Assembly: GCA_958009085.1 (NCBI GenBank)
Contig: OY253671.1
Span: forward strand, 1,302,001 to 1,366,000
DNA: 64,000 bases
From: Protoeuglena noctilucae
Lineage: Eukaryota
Reading direction: 5' to 3'
The notes beneath the pieces are model-generated. The model saw nothing but the letters and a program-made list of their open reading frames with translations, was not told where the DNA came from and made no database searches. How positions within the stretch are numbered: the stretch's first letter is position 1; each line of letters opens with the position of its first letter. This document shows, in pieces, positions 1 through 13,416 of this stretch. The position numbers and the translations under genes are program-made.

Positions 1-56
1 ATGTGTCGCCCGTGAGTGGCGGGTACGCCGTCCCCCTGGCGGCGGAAGGTTCGAAG

Positions 57-3000
57 ATGGCCGACTTCACGGCGTGGGAGGTGCAGGAAGGGGTGCGCTT
101 CGTCTGGAATGCGTGGCCTGCATCCCGGTGAGCGACGCACTGATCCCCGGCTCGAGAGGCTGCGATTGGGCCCGCGCACGGATCGCGCGTCCGGTGCATG
201 ACCTACTCGCCGTTTCGCTGTCCCGCGCAGGGCGGCAGCCCAGCAGCTGGCGGTCCCCCTGGGCGTCTTCGTGAGCCCGCTACGCTGCCCGGATGACATC
301 CAGCAGGGTGCGGCGCGCTCCGCCGGCCATGCTACCGCGCTCTTCATGCGTATGCGGATCTCGCTTGCCATTGCAGACCCGGCTCTCTGCTTGCGCGGGC
401 CCGGCAGGCCCAATGACCCGGTCTGCGTCCCCCGCAGTGGCGTACGAGCCCGTGCGCTGCCGACAATGCGGCGGGTGCCTCAACCCGTACTGTCTGGACA
501 AGATAGACTTCAAGGCCAAGGTCTGGGTGTGCGTCTTCTGCGAGAGCCGGAATGTCTTCCCCGGGTGCGTGCACACTCGCGAGGCACTGTGGCATTCCCA
601 CATCGCCGGGCTCGCGAGCGGCACCCTGCGCCGACACTCGCGCCCGCAGGACCTACCAGCAGATCTCCCCCGAGACGCTGCCGCCGGAGCTCTTCTCCAA
701 CAACACCCTGATGGACTACGCGCTGGGGTCGGTCCCCTCCGGGCCCGCCGCGTACGTCTTCGTGCTGGACGGGTGCCTCTCTCGAGCCGAGATGGCGGCC
801 ATGGTTCGAGGGGTCCAGCACGCGCTGTCCATGGTCCCCGACGGCGCGCTCATCAGCCTCCTCACCTTCAGCAGCCATGTCGTGGTGCACGAGCTCGGCC
901 CCGGTCTGCGCCCGCGCTCCTGGTGCCTCCGGGGGGAGCCCGCGTTGGAGGCGCACGACCTTCTGGCGCTTCTGGGCCTCCGGGGCGGCTCGCGGGCATC
1001 CGCGAACGGCACCCTGACGGCCGCGGGGACGTCCGGTGAGCGCTGTTGGTGGGACCCCGGTTGCATCTCATGGCTGGCACGGCGCGTGGCTTTGCAAGGC
1101 TGTCATCGCACCGCCCGCAGCTGTGGGGAGGTTCCTGGTACCTGCGACCGAGTGCGCCAGCGCCGTCCAGGACATCCTCGGTGAGATGCGTCGCGTGGGT
1201 TGCACCCGCGAGGGGTATGCCTGGCCGATCGTGGCCGCCGTGCCGAGCCTGACATATTGCGCCTATGATCGACACCACCTCTGCAGATAGCCTTGGGGAG
1301 CTCCCGGCGCCGCCAAAGACGAAGCGTCACGAGCGCTGCACAGGGAACGCGTTAGCCACCGCTTTGGCTCTCTTGGAGGTCTCCGTGCCCCGCTCCGGTG
1401 AGCCCTTGAGTGTGCAGCGCCCCTAAGTGTCGTTGTATGTCCCCGCACAGCCGTCTCGCACAGCCCTCGCTGTGACCTGTGGCTGAGCTCTGCGGTCGTG
1501 CACCACACATGCAGGCGCCCGCATCATGCTCTTCACGGGGGGCCCGTGCACGTCCGGGCCCGGCAAGGTGGTAGGCCTGGACCTGGAAGAGACGATGCGG
1601 TCGCATATGGATTTGGAGAAGAGGAACCCCAACACGGTCCACCACCGCCTGGCCCTGACGTTCTATGAGGGGCTGGGCGCGCGGATGGTCGAGCACGGCT
1701 ACTGCCTGGACCTGTTCGCGTGCTCCCTCGACCAAGTCGGCCTCTGGTGCGTGCGCCGGGGTGACGCGTGCCGCAGGGCCCCGTTCGCGCCCTGCCCTCT
1801 GCCCCGGACGCCATGCCGCGCCCGCCCCGCCCCCGCAGCGAGATGAAGAGCTTGGTGGGGCCGACGGGCGGGCGAGTCGTGCTAGCGGATGAGTTCCAAA
1901 GCGACGCGTTTCGGGAGTCCCTGGCGCGCCTCATGGAGCTGGGGCTGCCGGTGGTGCTCGAGTCTGACGAGGGCATACCCGAGGAGGTGCCGGGGGTCGT
2001 GCACCAGGGTCACAACGCCACGATTGAGGTCTTCTGCCAGCCGGGGGTCAGGGTCGCGGGCGCGCTGGGGCCTTGCGCGTCCCTGGGGCGGGCGGGGCGC
2101 GTGGTGGCGGAGACACCGCTCGGCATGGGGGGCACGTCGGCATGGGTGAGCGGCCGCGCGATGGGGATGTGCATAACAGGCTCTGTGAGCGGTGGCCGGC
2201 ATCGTTCGCTACCCCCTTGTGCTCGCAGAAGATGGGCGCGTTGGACCTGAGCTCCAGCGTGTGTGTCTTTTTCGACCTGGACGTCGGGGGCCGGGGCCAG
2301 CCCATGTACGACCACGCCTCTGCCTTAGTGGTGCAGTTCCAGACGCGCTACCGCATACCCGACGGCCAGGAGCGCCTGCGGGTGCAGACGGTCGCAAGGA
2401 CGTGGGTCGCGGCCACTGCCACCGAAATCCGACAGGGCTTCGACCAGGAGGCCGCCGCGGTGGCCATCGCACGGTGCGCGCGCGTTGCCGCTCTCCGCAC
2501 CTCCTTTGCTTCCCCCTGCAAGTGTCATCGCCAGCACACCGTGCGCGTGCGGGTCATCTGTTTTCCATCAGGTCGCTATCGGGCCACCTTTTGACCAGGC
2601 CGCCCACCCCGCTCTTGCCCGCAGCCTCGCGGTGTGGAAGTTGGAGACGGGGGAGCGCGCCGTCGACGTGCTCGCGTGGCTGGACCGGACCGCGGTGGAC
2701 CTGTGTACCAAGTACGGCACCTACACCCCCCGCGTCCAGAGCTCCTTCTCCCTGTCTGAGGAGTTCCGCCTCTTCCCGCAGATGGTCTTCCACCTCAGGC
2801 GAGCCAAGGGCTGGGAGCCAGCGCGGGGCAGGCACAGGGCACTTCTGTGCTAAGCAATCCGCATCCGGCGCCACTCCGGCCCTCTCTGCAGGAGGTCGCA
2901 GTTCATGCAGGTGTTCAACAACACGCCGGACGAGACGGTCTTCTACCGCGTCGCCCTGCTGCGCGAGCCCGTGTCTGCGGCCATCGTCATGATCCAGCCC

Positions 3001-3706
3001 ACGCTCTTCACCTACGGCTTCCAGGGCCCCCCCAAGCCCATGGTCCTGGACGCCTCGGCCCTCAAGCACGACCACATCCTCCTCCTTGACACCTGGTTTA
3101 TGGTCATCATCCACTGCGGCTCCCAGGTCGCATCGGTGAGTGGCACAGCGATGGCTGCAGGCGACGCGCCTTCACACGCCCGACACACAGCCGCAGGTGC
3201 TTCCCTAGTCGACGCATCGCTACTGCAGACACGCAACATGCCATGCCCTGCATGTGTGTGTCATGGTCACCCACCGTGGTTCGTTGTGCCTGGCGCACAC
3301 GCAGTGGCGCACGGCCGGGTATCAAGACCAGCCAGAGCACCACGCTTTCCGGCAGCTCCTGGAAGCGCCCATGGAGGACGCGCGGCAGCTTCTCGAGGCG
3401 AGGGCGGCGCAGCATGCTGCGGACCCCATCTGCGCGCACAGCGCCTTGAGCCCTCTGCAGGGCCCGTCTGGGCTTGAGCCCGCCCCTCTCCGCCCTTCGC
3501 AGGACACGGAGCGCATCCCCGTGCCGAAGCTCCTCGAGTGCGACCAGGGCACGTCCCAGTCGCGGTTCGTGCTGGCCAAGCTGAACCCGTCCATGACGCA
3601 CATGAACAGCGCCTTCACCAAGCCGGGCGAGGTCATATTCACCGAAGACATCTCCATCGAGAAATTTATGGAAGGACTCTCCCGACTGGCCGTGAACGCC
3701 AAGTGA
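57..3706 (+). CDS. SEC23: COPII coat subunit Sec23 (multi-exon)
   Basis: Spliced translation starts MADFTAWEVQEGVRFVWNAWP. It contains the Zn finger CRQC..LNPYC..WVCVFCESRN, trunk YVFVLD and MLFTGGPCTSGPG, GFDQEAAAV, FHLRRSQFMQVFNNTPDET, and the C-terminal CDQGTSQSRFVLAKLNPS / IFTEDISIEKFM. TGA ends at 3706. Confidence 0.95.
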
Positions 3707-3957
3707 CCCTCTGTCTCAAGCGCGAGCGTGGCACGACCGGCACCAGTCCCGTCATCTTACGCCCCGTCCGTTTCCCACCTCACATCTTCGACCACTCAGC
3801 GATCCGTGACCCTCAGTGCAGCGCTAGTTCAGCCTCCCCTCCTCAGCAGGCAATTGAAAAGGCAGCTATTGCACAGCACTAGCCAAGCGCACGGGCCGCA
3901 ATGCGTGTGTTGATGCGGGAGTGGGGAACGATAGAGACTCACATGCCAGCCAACAAC

Positions 3958-6373
3958 TCACTTACGTTCCTTGATTATGAGGCGGATGGGTCCATCTGGT
4001 CCCATAGTGATGGTGATGCGCAGCTTGGGCTCGCCCTGCCCCTCTGCCAGCTCCCACTGGTACCTGCAGCAGTGCAGGGGCACAATGCACACGTGAGTCC
4101 CGATGCTCTAGCGCAGCCCTGTGCGACCAACCCCAGCCGCCCAGACAGCTACCGAGCTCACTTGCGGACCATCTCCACCAGCGCCAGCTTGGCCTCCAGC
4201 AGCGCGAACTTGCGCCCCACGCACATCCGCGGCCCGCCGCCAAACGGGGCGTACGCGTCGGGGTGCGAGGGCTCGGGCTTGTCTCCCAGGAAGCGCTCAG
4301 GCCTGCAGAGGGCCGGACGAGAAGGAACCGTCACGCCACAGGGCCACTGACATGCTCGCCTGCAGCTACGCCATGCAAGCTGTTCTGCACTAACCAACCC
4401 ATCCCACCCTCACCGGAAGGTCTCGGGCTCGGTCCAGTAGTCCGGGTCGCGTTGCATGGCGTAGTTGGAGATGAAGACGTTGGTGTGCGGAGGGAGGGTC
4501 AGGTCCCCGACGCATATCTCGTCCTTTCCCGTGCGCCGCGACACGGTCGGCGCGGGCGGGTAGAGCCGGAGCGACTCCTTGCACACCGCGTCCAGGTACT
4601 CCAGCGACTCCACCGCGTCCGCCTCGGGCAGGCTCCCCTCGCGCCCGAACCGCTCCCGCACCAGCGCCGCCAGCCGGTCCTGCACGTCCGTGTGCCGCCC
4701 CAGCAGGTAGCACGTGAAGCTCAGCATCGACGCGGTCGTGTCGTACCCGGCTGCGGGGGCGGGAGTTAAAGGGTAAAGGTGCTCTGATCTGACTGGGCGC
4801 GCCATCGCAGCACTTTGGTAGTCTCTCCGCCACCCTCACCGAGCATGAAGGTGCGCACTTGAGCGATTAACTGGGCCTCGTTCAGCGGCGTTCCCTTGTA
4901 ATGCATATCGCGAACCTTGTCCGCGAACGACCCCGGCTTGGGCTTGAGGGAATGGAAGCTCGTCTCGCCGTCGACAGCGCGGTTGCGGCTCCCCTTTGCG
5001 TCCCGCAAGATGGCCAACGAAGCTTTGCACAGGAGCTGCCGTGCATGCTCGAATGCCTGCCTGCGCGGGGTCGCACGGACAGCCCAGCACTCTTCACCCG
5101 CTACATGAGAGCGCCATGCACGGTGCCTTTCTCTGACAGCCGCGGCCACATTCACTCACTGCTTGTTGCTCCAGAGGCGATCGAGCGTCCAGAAGACTCG
5201 GCACAGCTCAGGGACGCAGAAAGCAAGGACGTCCATTAATGTCGTGTCAGTGGGGCGTACGCCCGTGTTGGCAAAGAATATCCTCGCCGCCTTCACCAGC
5301 TCCGTCAGGTGCGTCACCTTCTCTGTGCTCTGCGAGGCATGCAACGGGGCAGAGCCATGCTAGCAGCAGCGTGGGCTCTCGGCGCCGACGCAGCACAATG
5401 GGAGGCCTCCCCAACATGCACCTGCGTGTCGAACTCGACCCCAAACGCCGTCGTCCCCACCACGTCGAACGTCAGATTCCCCATCAGCGCCGCCGCGTCC
5501 AGCTCCGCCCCCGTCTCCGCGTGCCGCTGCAGCACCCCCGACAGACGCCCGATGGCGTTGCGCATCGTCACCGAGTACTCCATGAGGCCCTCGGAGTGGT
5601 TGATCCATGCGGACCAGTTCGCGCGCAAGGTCTTCCAAAAAGCGTTGCCAGGGCAGTTGACGAGGTTGCCGTGGTTGATGGCGTCCTCCAGGCCCACATC
5701 CGCCGTCGGCAGCAAGGTCCGAGGGACATAGGATCCCAGCACGAGGCGGTCCGTCGTCGTCATAACGGGCCTGGGATCAGGGTTATGTTATCTGCGTTGG
5801 GACCCCAGCGAGGGCCGGGCATCACTTGGTGGCAAGGTCTGCTTCGCCAGCTCACTTGAACAAGCGGGCGTCCTGGACGACAACCACGGGATGACAACCC
5901 ATCATGATACGGAACACGCGCCCGTACGTAGGCTGCCAGATGTGCATGATGCTGCCCTGTATTCCACCCGCCTGCAGGCAGCATCAGTCCAAGCGATTTA
6001 GATCGCCTAGAAACTTGGAAGGGGTGCTGATGTCAAGTCCTAGCTAACATATGCTCGATGAGGCATGCATAAGCGAGCGCGCGCGCCGTGCGTGCCGCGC
6101 AAAGCGAAAGGTGGAATCCTGAAAAGACAAAGCATCGGTCTTGCTCGCCCCAGGCACCTTCATTACGTCGGCCATGTTCCCAATCACAGGCATCAGCGGC
6201 GGTCCCCGAAACTTCCTCAGGCTGTAGCGGCGGACGGGCCTCAACGCGAGCCACACAACCGCCACCGTCAAGGCCACGATAAGGGCGCCCAGCCAATGCA
6301 GGGGCGAGTGCATCGCCACGTGAAGCAGCGCGAGGGCACGGTGGCCCAGGTGACCGGCCGAGAGAGCGGACAT
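3958..6373 (-). CDS. Cytochrome P450, copy 1 (probably CYP711/MAX1-like clan)
   Basis: N-terminal TM anchor followed by GPPLMPVIGN; I-helix TFMLAGYDTT; ExxR (ESLR); PETFRPERF; heme motif FGGGPRMCVG. Exons join in frame at canonical sites. The clan assignment is an inference. Confidence 0.92.
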
Positions 6374-6671
6374 TTCCGGATCGAGACGTCCAGCTGGCCA
6401 TCCGACCAGTCCTAGAAACGCACGGGCACAGGAAACGAGAAAGAACGTGGCCAAGGTGCGCGTTGACCGTCGAGTAATCTATTTGCGACCGTCCCTGCAA
6501 TCAGCACTGCTTTGAATCCGCAGAAATTCTTGCAACCGTTTTGCCCTAGTCATACGCGGCAATGCCTGGGCACTTGTACGCGTTGCCAAGCGCTTCTGAC
6601 GCATGGTAGGTCCGCTCTCTCCTCAGCAGGCCACTGCTCGACATCTCAGCAAATGCCTGCGCTCGCGCCGA

Positions 6672-9028
6672 TCATGCGTGAAAGAGCTTGAGATTGATGG
6701 GTCCGTCTGGGCCCATGGTGATGCCCACGCGGAGCTTGGGCTCGCCCTGTCCCTCCGTCAGCTCCCAGCGGTACCTGCAGCAATGCAGGGGCACACGTGA
6801 GTCCCAATGCCCGGATGTGGCAACCACAGGGTGGGAGCCCCACCCGCCCAGACAGCTACCGAGCTCACTTGCGGACCATCTCCACCAGCGCCAGCTTGGC
6901 CTCCAGCAGCGCGAACTTGCGCCCCACGCACATCCGCGGCCCGCCGCCAAACGGGGCGTACGCGTCGGGGTGCGAGGGCTCGGGCTTGTCTCCCAGGAAG
7001 CGCTCAGGCCTGCAGGAGATCCAAGGCATGCATGCTTTCGTACACCGCCATCTGTGCTATGCCTGTCTAACAGTCAGGCAGACCATGGGAGTCATCCTGG
7101 GCACCCCGGTGCCTCACCGGAACGTCTCGGGCTCGGACCAGAACCGCTCGTCGCAGTGCAGGGCAAAGACGGGAATGAAGACGCCCGTGTGCGGTGGCAC
7201 GAAGTGCTCCCCGAGCCAGAGCCCCTCCGTCCCGGTGCGCCGCGGCACGACGGGTGCGGGCGGGTAGAGCCGGAGCGACTCCTTGCACACCGCGTCCAGG
7301 TACTCCAGCGACTCCACCGCGTCCGCCTCGGGCAGGCTCCCCTCGCGCCCGAACCGCTCCCGCACCAGCGCCGCCAGCCGGTCCTGCACGTCCGTGTGCC
7401 GCCCCAGCAGGTAGCACGTGAAGCTGAGGAGGTTGGCCGTGGTGTCGTACCCCGCTGCAAACGAACGCAGGCACTGAGTGTCACGGAGGGCCCGTAAGAG
7501 CTGTCACTGCGCGCTCGCCCGGGCTCGCCCCTCACCCAGCATGAACGTGCGCAGCTGCGCGATCAGTTGCCTCTCGTTGAGGGGCTGGCCCTTGTGACGC
7601 ATGGCCTTGACCTTGGACACGAAAGACCCCGGCTTGGGCGTCAACGATGCAAAGGTCTTGCCAAGACCCTTTCCCTCCGCTCCCGCTGGCCCCGCCGTTT
7701 TGCCCCCCGCCACCCCCGCCACGCTGCTGGCGTTCTCCAGCAGCGTCAGCGCCAGCTCCCGCAGCATCCTGCGCGCTTTCAGGAACGCGTCCCTGCGACA
7801 CGGTATTGTTTAGAGGGTTAGGGACGCATTGCGTGCTTGGACTGCCCCTGTAAGCGTGGGGCAGCGCAAGCGAGCGGTGCCGCGTGCTCACTGCCCGTGG
7901 TCCTTCAGACGAGCGAGGGCCCAGAAGATTCGAGAGAGCTCGGGGATGCAGAAGGCGGCCAGCGCCCACACGTTGTTGTCAGCCCCCCGGATGCCGGTGC
8001 GGACGAAGAAGGCCCGGGCCGCCTCGACCAGGTCGGGCGCATGTGCGACCTTGTCGACGCCCTGCGAGGTAACAGAAAGAGTTGCCACAGAGGTCGCTGC
8101 CTCCTAGGAGAGCATCAGTCAACGCATGGGATGGGCCCCGACGGATGAAGGCGCACCTGCGTGTCGAACTCGACCCCAAACGCCGTCGTCCCCACCACGT
8201 CGAACGTCAGATTCCCCATCAGCGCCGCCGCGTCCAGCTCCGCCCCCGTCTCCGCGTGCCGCTGCAGCACCCCCGACAGACGCCCGATGGCGTTGCGCAT
8301 CGTCACCGAGTACTCCATGAGGCCCTCGGAGTGGTTGAGCCAGGATGACCAGCCGGCACGCACGCTCTTCCAGTACGCGTCCCCGGGGCAGTTGACGATG
8401 CTGGCGCGAATGATGCCCTCCTCCAGAGTCTCCTCGCTCGTCATGATCAAGGACCGCGGCGGGCGCCCGATCATCAGCCGGTCCATGTGCGCCAGCACGA
8501 TCCTGCAGTCAGAGAGGAGGCCCGTGGGCGCGGTATGGGGCACCTCACGCCGCGGCACAGCGGCCAACACGTCCTGTTGGCCCCGCCACTCACTTAACGT
8601 GAGCCGGATTGCAGGTGACGACCACGGGGTATGGCCCAGCGAACACCCGGAAGACGTCGCCGTACTTGGGCTTCCAAATCTGGTGCACTGCGATCGGCAG
8701 CCCGCGCGTCTGCGGCAACGACTTCAGGTGCCGGCGTGAGTGTCTTGGCGGCACAAGGGAGCCTTCGCGTGGAGAATCGCGATGCTTAGCGAATCAACGC
8801 ATGCGAAACGGATGCGGGTTGCGGGATTGCCTTCATGATCTCCCTCAGACACCCGATGATGGGCTCGAAGCGCGGGCCCGCGAAATGCCTTAACCGAAAG
8901 CGATCTACGGGCCTGAGCGCGACGTAGACGAGCCCGAGAAGGGCCGCGAGGCCCACAAGAGCGAGAACATGCCCTCTGGTGACCCTCGCGAGGGGGGCCT
9001 CCACCGACCTTGCCCACTCCGGCAACAT
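6672..9028 (-). CDS. Cytochrome P450, copy 2 (tandem paralogue)
   Basis: MLPEWARS... TM anchor, GPRFEPIIG, AGYDTT, ESLR, FGGGPRMCVG. Exon structure matches copy 1. The first intron is GC-AG (8710-8830). Confidence 0.92.
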
Positions 9029-9447
9029 CCCGCTCTCCTCGGGCAGCGCGCCGATGGCTCTGGGGCGCAGCTGGACCCCTGCGAGTCCGAGGATGCCGGA
9101 TTCCGCTGTCGACTTCGGGGGGCAAGACGCGGGGTCCTGACTAGGGTCGTGTCAGAGCTGCTCCTCCCTCTGTCTCAGGGAATCTCCCATAGCGAGGGGC
9201 TTTATTTGCACGTGTGAGCTCGGAGGACTTGCGCTGGCAGAGGCTGCGAAGGCGGAGTTTCGCGTGCAACGAACAACATACGTGGACAGCCCTGAGCACC
9301 GTTCAAAGCGGGCTGGCAGTGTCCCCGGCGCTTCAGAGCCATGTTGCGGCAAGAGGGCGCGGCGGAACAGGCTATTCCCGCGTGGGAATGGGGCGCAGTG
9401 CAGGGGGACCCGGGTCTGCTCAAATACCCGGAGACGGCGAGGGAGGA

Positions 9448-12400
9448 ATGGATGACCAGGCGAGATTGAGTCGTTCGGCAGGGCCAGCAGACGTTGCTGG
9501 GTCCCGCCCGCGCGACGCACCGGCCGGCGCGACGGGGAGGCCAGCACTCCTGCGTGAACTTTGCAACACGCACGAGACCCCAGGCGTGCACGCGTTCGAA
9601 CCCCGCAGACGTGTCCGCGAGCGCATGATCTTCTACGAGCTGTTGCGCATCTCACTGGCACGTGCCATGGACGACAAGCTCATGCACGAGGCCCTCGCAG
9701 CGCACGACCCGGCCGCGCCTGCGTGGGACTCTGCCAAGGGCGCAGGGCAGGTGATGCTGCGGGAGAGGACACGTAGATGCGAAAGCAAGGACGGGCTTTG
9801 GGTCCGGACTTGCTGTGTGATGCAGACGGACGCGAACATGCCAAACTGTGCAGGTCATCCGGCAATGCGCGATTCGGGAGGAGCGCCGCGTCGGGAGAGA
9901 AGCGCAGTTGTGCGTCGAGATATCCACAGTCGCCTTCGAGTCCTTCGATGAGGGAGAGGCGAGCTGCCAGGCCGCCAAACACCCTTGTGGCGATTGCAGT
10001 GCCCATGTGATGCCCACCATCGCCCTCTCCCGCATCCCCAGGTCCTCGCGGCGTACTGGGGAGCTCTGGAGGCCATATCCCGCACCGCTGCGTCCGCGCC
10101 CCAGCGTTCGCAGGCGGCTGGGCCCAGCCGCGGCGCCCCTCGGCGCCGGCCCTCCCAGAACGCCCGCGCCTACGCGGTCGGCCTGCGCGCGCCCGCCCCC
10201 AAGTCCCGGCCGGTCCCCACCGCCGCGTCGCAGCAGGGCCGCGCGTACCTGACCGCGCTGCCCTTTGACGGCACCGACGGGGCCCAGGCGCGGGGGACCC
10301 CCGGGCCCTCGTTCGCCAGTGCGGCCAACGAGGGCATCGCGCGCCCGCTGTCTGCGCACACGCGCCCGGGGCACGTGCAGGCCGCGCGGAAGGTCCTCGT
10401 GCAGGAGCACGCCGCGACCGACCAGGCGCACGCCCGGGCGGCCGCCTCCGCGTCTGCTCCCGAGGACGCCTCCGCGCGCGTGCGCCGCGCCGTGCACGCC
10501 GCGATGGACCGCGCTCGCGCTTTCTCGAACGCCCCTCGCGCCGAGGCTCCCGCGACGCCCCTGTCGCCCCGGGCGGCAGCCGGGCGCGAGGCCGCGGACC
10601 GCCCGATGCCAGGGGTGGCCCCCGCCGCTGCTCGGGAGGTCTGGCGCACGGAAGACACCCCCACCCTCGAAGGCAGCGACCCGCGTGACGACGGCGAGGA
10701 TTTCGACGGCGACCTGCTGCCTCCCATAGCGTCCATGTCTCCGCGTCAGGGGCCCCGGTCCCGGGCCCCATCCACCTCTCTCTTCGCGGAACCTCCGCCA
10801 GTCGAGGAGGACACGGGAGGCGGGAAGGCCGTCGCGGAGTCTTCCTCGGGAAACCTGGTCTCCGGAGACGCAGTGCGGTCGTCCATCTCGGCCGTCGTCG
10901 GGCTGCGGCCTGACACGGTGGCTGAGGCGGCGTCTGGCGCAGCGCGCGCGCTGTACGGGGACCTGCTGCAGCGCCTGAATCGGGGTCTGCTGCCGGGGAA
11001 GCTGGCGCGGAGAGGCCGGGGGCCAGGGGCCACCCGGGCCCGCCCTGCCAAGGACCTCTTCGGGGCTGCAGCGGGGACGGCGAGCTGGGCGGACGGCGCG
11101 GGACAGGGGGCGTTTGAGCGGGAGCTGTTGCGTACGGCGCTCAGCATGCGGTGAGGAGGGGGTTGCTGGGCATCGCTTTCCACGCTGCTGGGTGCCCTGG
11201 GTGCCGTTTCTAGCCACCCCGCGTTGGTGACCCATGACCAGTGGCAGTGACCCCGGCGCTCCGCAGGACCACCCTCCAGTCGCATCTGGTCGACGAGGGC
11301 GTGGAGGCGGGCCGGTCCATCCTGTTGGCGCACATCGCCGAGCAGCAAGCGAGGTTCAGGCGAGGGCGACGAGCGGTGTCGCCGCAAAGGGCTGGGGGTT
11401 TCTCTGGAAGGCATGGTCATCGCGATGTTTACGGGCTGGCGCGCTTGCAGGGAGGACATGGACGCGTGCTGCGTGTCGCTGGGGCTGTCGCCAGAGCGCG
11501 TCGCTACGGTGGATGGGCTGTGGGAGATGGCGCGGCTGGCGGAGGCGTCCCAGGCGTCCCCTCGGCCTGCAGAAGCGGCGCATGCGAACGGGCATACGAG
11601 GACGGTGCCCGCTGCAGCCCATCACAGGCCGCGGGGGGCTCTTGGGGGGTTCATGTTTGGGTACCTTGGAATGACGCGGGAGGACCTCGTGCGAGCACAC
11701 CGGCTGCTGCAGGGCCGCGCGGCGCGCGTCATCCAGCGGCGGGCGCGGGAGTTTCTGGCGCGCGTGCGGGTGCAGCGCGCGCTGGTGCAGGCAGAGAGGG
11801 CTCAGAAGGACCGGGTGGCGGTGCAGGTGCAGGTGCGTGTCGAGACGCACGGCGACGCTTCTGTGCAACGCTTCCTGTTCTCACCTCGGGTGGGCGCTGG
11901 GCGATGCGTATGGTCTCTTGCAGTTGAGAAACGCCCATGCACCTTCCAGGCGGGACTGCTGACCATGGCTCGGCCCATCCCTCGCAGGCGGCCGTGCGCG
12001 CGTGGCTCGCGCGGCGCCAGACGGTGCTGCTGCGGCTGCGTCGGAGCGTTGCCGCGGCCGTGATCCAGCGTGCCGTGCGCCGGTGGCTGCTGCGGCGTCC
12101 GGAGTTGGAGCAGCGCCGAGCGATCAAGGAGCAGGCCAAGGTCGACTGCGAGGAGTTCATCGCATTCCTCCGATATAACACCTCGCGTGTCGAGCAGTGG
12201 TCCCGCCTCGACCCCGCCAGGCACCGGGCAGCCGTCATGATGCAGGTGCGTGCGGAGCGTGGGTCGCAAAAGTGTGCCATGCGTATCTCTCTGGTTCTGC
12301 CGCAAAAGGGACCCGGCCGCGTCGCGCCCGCGCAACCGCACGCGCCGCCCTCGCCGCAGTCCGTCTGGAAGGGCCACCAGGTGCGCAAGGCCGTGGCGCG

Positions 12401-13162
12401 GATGCGGCCGGCAGCCGTGTGCATCCAGCGTCACTTCCGAGGCTGGCACGTGCGCCGCGCCGGGGGAGCCCTCGCGCAGCAGCAGCGCCTGGCGCAGTTC
12501 CGGCGGCAGCGGGAGCTCGGCGCGCTCTTCGCCCAGCACCGGGACCGCGTCGCGGCTGGGTTCGCGGTGTCGCGCGCCATCGCGCGGACGTGGGCCGAGG
12601 CCCAGGAGGAGCGCGCGGCGCTGGACGACCTCGCGGAGCGTAGCCGGGCCAAGATCGAGGAGCGATGGCGGCAGGCGAGGGACCGGCTGGGACTGGGGGC
12701 GGGAGTGTCTTGGCGGGCCGTGCCTTTGCGGGCCGTGGCGCGAGCGCTTTTGTTGGCGCTTCCCCGCAGTTCTACGACGCGGTGGTGCAGGAGGCGATGA
12801 AGATTCCCCTTCCGCGCGGGTGGATGCCCCAGCTGGACGCACGCAACAGCCGGATCGTCTACGTCAATGTCAGGTGAGACTCTGCTGCCGGGGTCGCCTG
12901 CGCGTCTGCCCCAGGCTTAGCGCGCCGCGAATCCCAATCCCGACCCGCCTTCAGGGAGGCCCGCATGACGGAGGTGCACCCATGCATGGCTCCTGCGATG
13001 GACCACCTGGCTCGTCAGCGGCAGCTGGCGGTGGAGGAGCTGCAGCGGAGCCAGGAGACGCTGCTGCTGCAGAAGGAGGCCCTGGCGGCTGCCCACCAGC
13101 AGCGGCAGGCGGAGCTGGCGGCGCTCCTGGCGCGTAAGAGGGGCGCGGTGGGGATCCGCTGA
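9448..13162 (+). CDS. IQ-motif (calmodulin-binding) and WW-domain coiled-coil protein; start uncertain
   Basis: About five IQ-like motifs: IQRRAREFLAR, VQAAVRAWLAR, IQRAVRRWLLR, MQSVWKGHQVR, IQRHFRGWHVR. WW-like PLPRGWMPQLDARNSRIVYVNVR..MTEVHP near the C-terminus, then a coiled coil. TGTAA at 13388. Confidence 0.7.
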
Positions 13163-13416
13163 TGGTAGCCCACCATGCTAGACAAGTGACACATTCGTAT
13201 CGTGAGCAAGAGCAGTGCAGAGATTCAAATAACGAACTTTTCGATAGATTGGTGTGATGGTTTAAATAACGAAAGCTCTAGGCGACTTCTTCCCCTGACG
13301 CCGCGATGGGCGGCCCCGTGCGCCTGCGTGAGACGGACGACGGTCACGTGTTGTGCGGGCTGCCATGCGCCGAATGCCAACAAAGCATGTAATCAGTCCC
13401 GTCTCGCCAGTCAAGC

